Source: Laetmonice hystrix | Lineage: Eukaryota | DNA length: 64,000 nucleotides | Assembly: GCA_965235115.1 (NCBI GenBank) | Contig: OZ249436.1 | Coordinates: forward strand, 22,384,001 to 22,448,000 | Direction: 5' to 3' | Made by a program: the position numbers and the translations under genes | Shown here: positions 58,807-64,000 of the stretch, piece after piece | Numbering within the stretch: the stretch's first letter is position 1 | Layout of the letters: the number at the start of each line of letters is the position of its first letter | The notes under the pieces: generated by a model | What the model was told of the DNA's origin: nothing | Seen by the model: only the letters and a program-made list of their open reading frames with translations | Databases searched by the model: none

Positions 58807-59613
58807 GTTTTAGGACATCGGTAGAGTCTTATAATGATAACGTCCTATCCTCACGGAAGGTGGAGCTGAGGAATCCAACATCTGAATACGTCCATGTAGA
58901 TTTCAACCATTTATTTCACAAGTCCACAATACTCCCAAGTGCGTGAACAAGCATACGTATAATCCGCAGTAATTGACTAAGTCCACCAAGTACACCATAA
59001 ACTTATAATAATACCTGTCGTTAATCCTTTCGTCCCTCCTGGCTACTGTTTTCACTGTCTTCTATCACGATCGTATTTCCTCCTCAATCTTTCTATCTGC
59101 CGATCTCGCCTCCAACTCTCTAGCTGTTTCCTACAGTAAAGATCCTCTAAGTGATTTCCGCACAACTCCGACGCGCTCGCCTTCGACCATCACCCGGGGC
59201 GTATATTTCCTTCTCTAGTTGCTATCCGCTCCTAGCTCTATCTCCGGTCTATATCTCTCTGATCTCCGTATCTACCTTTTATACCTACAGCTGTTCCATT
59301 TACTCGCCTCCCCTCTTAAGCCTGATACACACTATCCAAGTTTTTGTTGGATCGCGCGCACCGGCCTCTAGGTGTTTTTTTCTTCGCTGTTCTCTCTACC
59401 TGCCTGCAGTATCACTTTTTCTCTGATCTCGCCGTTCTATCTACCCCCTGCGCTCGCTGTTACCTAATTTCCACTCTCCTCCTGTGAGATGTTTTTATTG
59501 CTCGCCAGCTGGGCCCCGTCTGGGTTCCCTGTCTCGACTCCGCCTCTATACTCCGTCTGTCTATGTTTTTCTCTGCCGGTTCTGACCGTACGCTTTTCCC
59601 CTCTACTCCTGAC
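58807..59613 (-). mobile_element. Possible degenerate solo LTR
   Basis: Minus strand begins TGTCAGGA; TATAAAAG near 59280 and AATAAA near 58912; no TSD confirmed. Confidence 0.3.
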
Positions 59614-60074
59614 AATCCTACGTGTGTTAACCAACACATTATCATGATAGTACTTAGGCTGAATCACAAAAAGGTACTGCGCCCAGAGGACAAGAGTGTT
59701 GCACAAACCTTATAAGAAAATATTCATAAAATATAATGTTGACCTACTTTCATGAAAATATCTCAAATCGTCTTGTATGGCCTGGCGTCAACACTACGTC
59801 CATTAGTGCATAAAATAACCGCTAGGGAATCCCAACTCAACGATAAATAACTGAGTTAACACTAGGGGGCGTCTTGCCCCGCTCTACTCTAGGCTACAAA
59901 AAAAACAAGAAAAAAGACAAATAGGCCTAAATATGTTTGTACAATAATTATTGTAAGTTTAAAAAACATAATTTTGAGTATGTTTTTAAGTAGGTAGGGC
60001 CTATAGCATCGATGCAACGCAGAAAACTAAATATAGATAACCAACATTTTCAGCTCCACTTATATGCTTGATCT

Positions 60075-60880
60075 AGCGAAAGTAGGCCTATAGGCCTATT
60101 TAATTTTTATTTTATTCGACCACAAGCAGGATGTCTCTCAGTGGCTACGAGCATGTTCATATACGACTGGCTCCGGCGCGAGACAAGTCTCCAGGCATAT
60201 ACTCGGAGCCGACGGAGATGGCATAGGCTAGGCCTATATGGACAAAGACTCCGTCGCCTCTATCATCTAAGTGACGGCCGGGTTGTGTCTTCCCTTTAAT
60301 CACATCAATAGATCACCAAGGTCTTTAGCTTCCCTTCCATATCCTTACATTTAGCGAAAGTATATTTCATTTCTATTTTATCCGACCACAAACAGGATGT
60401 CTCTCAGTGGCTACGAGCTTCATACACGACTGGCTCCGGCGCGAGACAAGTCTCCTGCAGGGCATATATGGACACGGAGCCGAGGGAGATGGCATATAAA
60501 TTATGGACAAAGACTCCGTCGCCTCTATCATCTAAGTGACGTGTTGTGTCTTCCCTTTAGGGGCCCAAATTACATCAGTAGATAACCTAGGTCTTTAGCT
60601 TCCCTTCCATAATCCTTATAGGCCTACATAATTGCTATATTATAGCAAAAGTATATTTAATTTCTATTTTATCCCACCACAAACAGCTAGGTACGTGTCT
60701 CTAAAGTGGCTACCACCTTATCTACGACTGGCTCCGGCGTCAGGAAAGTCTGCAGGTCCATGTAGGACATGGAGCCGAGGGAGATTACATATGGACAAAG
60801 ACTCCGTGGCCTGTATCATCTAAGTAACAGGTTGTATCTACGCGTTGATCACAATGGATAACAAAGGTCTTTAGCTTCGC
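60075..60880. repeat. ~270-290-bp tandem repeat, 3 diverged copies
   Basis: Shared blocks tgtctct.agtggctac, tacgactggctccggcg, atggacaaagactccgt, ggtctttagcttc. Confidence 0.88.
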
Positions 60881-61316
60881 TTTTTTTTTTTTTTTTAATT
60901 TCCTTTATTTATCCTGGCTCGACGTCAGCGTTACCGCTGGTTTACATCGTCTGCCAGCTTACATAATGGTTGATCATCTAGAGATATTATAAATCAACTA
61001 AGGTGATATGAAACACATCACCGGTAAACGATTACAAACATATTTACACATGGCTTGTTGACATTGTAAGATAGTACATGGGTAGATGGGTACAAATGCT
61101 TCTCACTTGGTATAGGCAATAGATATTAAAATAATCGGGTGCACCTGAGCTTAGAAAAATAAGAATTCCATTTTTTACTAATGTAATACATCTTCGAATT
61201 ACTAGGTCGCAGGCCCTGCAATCGCCAGCAATTCAGCCTCCACACATGCCTATGCATTCAACCTATATACATACATACACACACCCATGTCACACCGTCA
61301 GAGTGTAGGCAAGCTA

Positions 61317-63503
61317 TCAGTTATAATTATCATTGTGATTAAAGGAAGCGCTGTTCATCATATTTTTTTGTGTATACTTAAACTGGTCATATGATGTAAT
61401 ATTTCTTATATACACAGGTAAGTTATTCCAATCGACAGCCCCTTTGTATAAAGGATTCTGCTTAAATTTTTCTAATCTTGGCTGTGGTACTTTAAACACA
61501 GTTGCTGCATGGGTCCTTGTAGCAATATTCCTACTGTCAATAAGCTCTAAGCATTCCTGTTTTTTGTACATGAAGTTTCTAAGATGGGCTAGTCTTTGGG
61601 GTGCTAACATTGCAGTTTTACATCTTCGATGTAGCTCTGTGGATGATATGTAACCTCCTTCCTTAATGCAAATTCTTAAGGCTCGATTTTGTAGAGTTTG
61701 AAGTTTTTTGAGAGCCTTCTGACTAGCACCGTCGTAAAATAGATCACCATAGTCCAAGTATGGAAGAACCATCGTTTTATACATCAGTAGGCTTGCTTTA
61801 AAGTTAATGTATCTTCTCATTTTGGACAACAGATATACCTTATGAGCAGCTAGTCTGTAACAATTGTCTATGTGCTTAGTGAATGTAAGATGTGTGTCCA
61901 ACGTGAACCCCAAATACTTGTAAAAGTTAACACGTTCGACAGTTCTATTGTCAAAATACAATTTGTGATTCTTGATTCTTTTAGTTTGGGATTTTAGTCC
62001 AAAGATAACATACTTGGTCTTCTTAATATTGACTGTAAGTTTGTTGCTTTCGCACCATCTAGATAAATTCAGCAGATCTTCTTGCAGTGCCCCAGTTACT
62101 TCCTCAATATTACTACCTGACCGAAATGCCACAGTATCGTCTGCATGCAATTGATGATATGAATTTTTTATAGCAGTAGACAAGTCATTAATATACACTA
62201 AGAATAGCAAAGGACCCAAAATAGATCCCTGAGGCACTCCGCACATTACTTCTAGTGGATCTGATAGGGAGTTATTGCAGGTAGTACGTTGGAATCGGCC
62301 AGAAAGGTAGTTGGCTAACCAGGAAAGTGTCAGACCTTTAATACCTAGGTACTCGAGTTTTTTCAAAAGTATAGAATGGTTAACGGTATCGAAGGCCTTA
62401 GATAGGTCTATAAATACGGCAACTGTGACTTCCCTATCATTCATTGCATTAAAAATTCTGTCCACAAGATTTAACGCTGAGTTAGTGGTTGAGTGACCAG
62501 AACGAAAGCCCCCTTGTCGATCGTCTAGCAATTTGTTGTCCTCAAAGAACCTAGTCAGTCTCTCATGTACCACTTTCTCCAATAACTTTCCCGGAATTGG
62601 GAGGAGTGACACGGGCCTGAGATTCGACACATCAGATTTACTACCGTCTTTTTGGAGAGGCACAACAGTAGCACACTTCCATTCCTGTGGATAAATACCA
62701 GTATTCAACGATAAATTGAAAAGGAAGCATACTTTTTCAGGTACGGCAAGAAATGCCTCTTTAATTACTCTACTAGATACGTTATCGATTGATGATGATT
62801 TATAGATATTAATATCTTTAGCTAGCTTAATAATTTCTTCTGTTGTCGTGGCTATTTCCCCTATAGCAAGGTTATTCTTAGTACCCTTGTACTCCCACAC
62901 CGTGTTATGTTGTCTCGCTAATTTAGGCCCAATATTAGTAAAGAAGTCATTAATAAAGTTTGCGGTTTTATCCAGTTCAATTTTGTTGCCTGTTTCAGTA
63001 TCAATTAGGTTAAATGTGGGCGTTTGCGATTTATTGTTCGGTAACACTTGCTTTAGCATTTGCCAAAACTTCTTACTATCATGGCTATTACTTTCAAGAT
63101 TATCATTGATAAAGTCCGCTTTAGCCCTACGCAGTTTACTTAAAGTTTGATTCTTTAACTTTCTTGCCCTTGCGCAGTCGTCGGGGTTTTGAGTTTGTTT
63201 AGCCCGTTTCAAGGCGTAGTCTTTATCTTTGATAAGTTCAAGTAATTCTGAGGTAATCCAAGGGTCCTTTATTTGCTTGATTTTGAATGTTTTGAGTGGA
63301 CACATACTATCTATTATGTCTCTAACTTTGGTTAGAAAGAGATCCCATGCTTTATCTGGGTTAGTTTCACTGTCAAAGTCCGCCCAGATAGCGTTCCTCA
63401 TACGAGTCTTAAAATATTCCTCATTAAAGTCTCTGTAGGATCTTCCTTTGAACGAAACTTTCTTCTTAATAGTAATGCCTTTTTTACGGGTGACATAAAC
63501 CAT
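61317..63503 (-). CDS. LINE ORF2 reverse transcriptase (728 aa open segment)
   Basis: Motifs NLRPVSLL, QGGFRSGHST, FIDLSKAFDTV, GVPQGSILGPLLF, (H)ADD, YKYLG. Confidence 0.93.
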   Translation of the reverse strand: MVYVTRKKGITIKKKVSFKGRSYRDFNEEYFKTRMRNAIWADFDSETNPDKAWDLFLTKVRDIIDSMCPLKTFKIKQIKDPWITSELLELIKDKDYALKRAKQTQNPDDCARARKLKNQTLSKLRRAKADFINDNLESNSHDSKKFWQMLKQVLPNNKSQTPTFNLIDTETGNKIELDKTANFINDFFTNIGPKLARQHNTVWEYKGTKNNLAIGEIATTTEEIIKLAKDINIYKSSSIDNVSSRVIKEAFLAVPEKVCFLFNLSLNTGIYPQEWKCATVVPLQKDGSKSDVSNLRPVSLLPIPGKLLEKVVHERLTRFFEDNKLLDDRQGGFRSGHSTTNSALNLVDRIFNAMNDREVTVAVFIDLSKAFDTVNHSILLKKLEYLGIKGLTLSWLANYLSGRFQRTTCNNSLSDPLEVMCGVPQGSILGPLLFLVYINDLSTAIKNSYHQLHADDTVAFRSGSNIEEVTGALQEDLLNLSRWCESNKLTVNIKKTKYVIFGLKSQTKRIKNHKLYFDNRTVERVNFYKYLGFTLDTHLTFTKHIDNCYRLAAHKVYLLSKMRRYINFKASLLMYKTMVLPYLDYGDLFYDGASQKALKKLQTLQNRALRICIKEGGYISSTELHRRCKTAMLAPQRLAHLRNFMYKKQECLELIDSRNIATRTHAATVFKVPQPRLEKFKQNPLYKGAVDWNNLPVYIRNITSYDQFKYTQKNMMNSASFNHNDNYN

Positions 63504-64000
63504 ATTATGATCACTGATGTTACAGTCTAGGACCCCTGATGTGCAATAAAGTCAGAATTCGTCAGAATCAGGTCCAAACAGCTACATTTACTTTTAGTCA
63601 TTCTTGTAGGTTCATTAATAATTTGTTGTAGTCCGAGAGATCTAGCAAAATTTACAAGTAATTTAAAGTTTTCAGTTTTCTTATCAAGATAGTCGATATT
63701 TATGTCACCCAGGATAAAAAGGTCTTGACCAATCAAATCAATTTCTTGTATGGCATTTTCCAAGTATTCAAGGAATAGTTTAGTATTTCCCTGCGGAGGC
63801 CTATATATCGTAGCAACTATAATTTTGCGTTGTTTCTCAGGTTTTAAGACTATCCATTGTATCTCTATGTCTATGCTGCTTTTATTTAGGTAATTTAGGT
63901 CCGTGTCCGAGAAGGGAATGCCAGCCCTTATGAAGGTAGCCACACCCCCACCCTTTTTGGGGTTCGTACTATCTTGAGAACACCAGGCTCTATCAAGTCT
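63504..64000 (-). pseudogene. LINE ORF2 APE endonuclease portion, separated from the RT by a 1-nt frameshift near 63538
   Basis: Motifs GGVA, IYRPP, GDINID, PTR, CLDLI; the GVLDCNISDH motif continues in the RT frame. Confidence 0.85.

Larger units (their letters stand above)
60881..64000 (-). mobile_element. Non-LTR retrotransposon (CR1/L2-group LINE) with intact 3' end; continues beyond the window
   Basis: Poly(A) tail (T16 at 60881-60896) preceded by AATAAA; about 420-nt 3' UTR; APE endonuclease plus RT ORF2. Confidence 0.93.

Overview
Animal (most likely invertebrate) genomic DNA. Most of the window is one large minus-strand gene, SCAPER. I reconstructed 24 phase-consistent GT-AG coding exons between 43325 and 3378 (3861 nt, 1287 codons). 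The start exon is probably near 49.0 kb and the last exons lie beyond the left edge. The 5' half is compact, while the 3' half has 6.0, 12.2 and 7.3 kb introns rich in TAAT/CAATTA motif clusters, as expected for the known Islet-Scaper genomic regulatory block. Introns and the right-hand 15 kb hold many non-autonomous DNA transposons (Kolobok-, Harbinger-, Tc1/mariner-, AcademH- and Helentron/HINE-like), minisatellites, probable solo LTRs and a CR1/L2-group LINE at the right edge. Most unusual observations: (1) a HINE inside SCAPER carries a 123-bp exact antisense copy of a conserved SCAPER coding exon lying 3 kb away; (2) a duplicated SCAPER 3' splice site leads to a stop codon; (3) a bipartite inverted 20-bp satellite is built from overlapping E-box/RUNX motifs; (4) a c-fos-like CArG+CRE+TATA promoter sits upstream of a chain of spliced-looking exons. 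Most entries in the ORF track are spurious. All calls were made by eye, without database searches.
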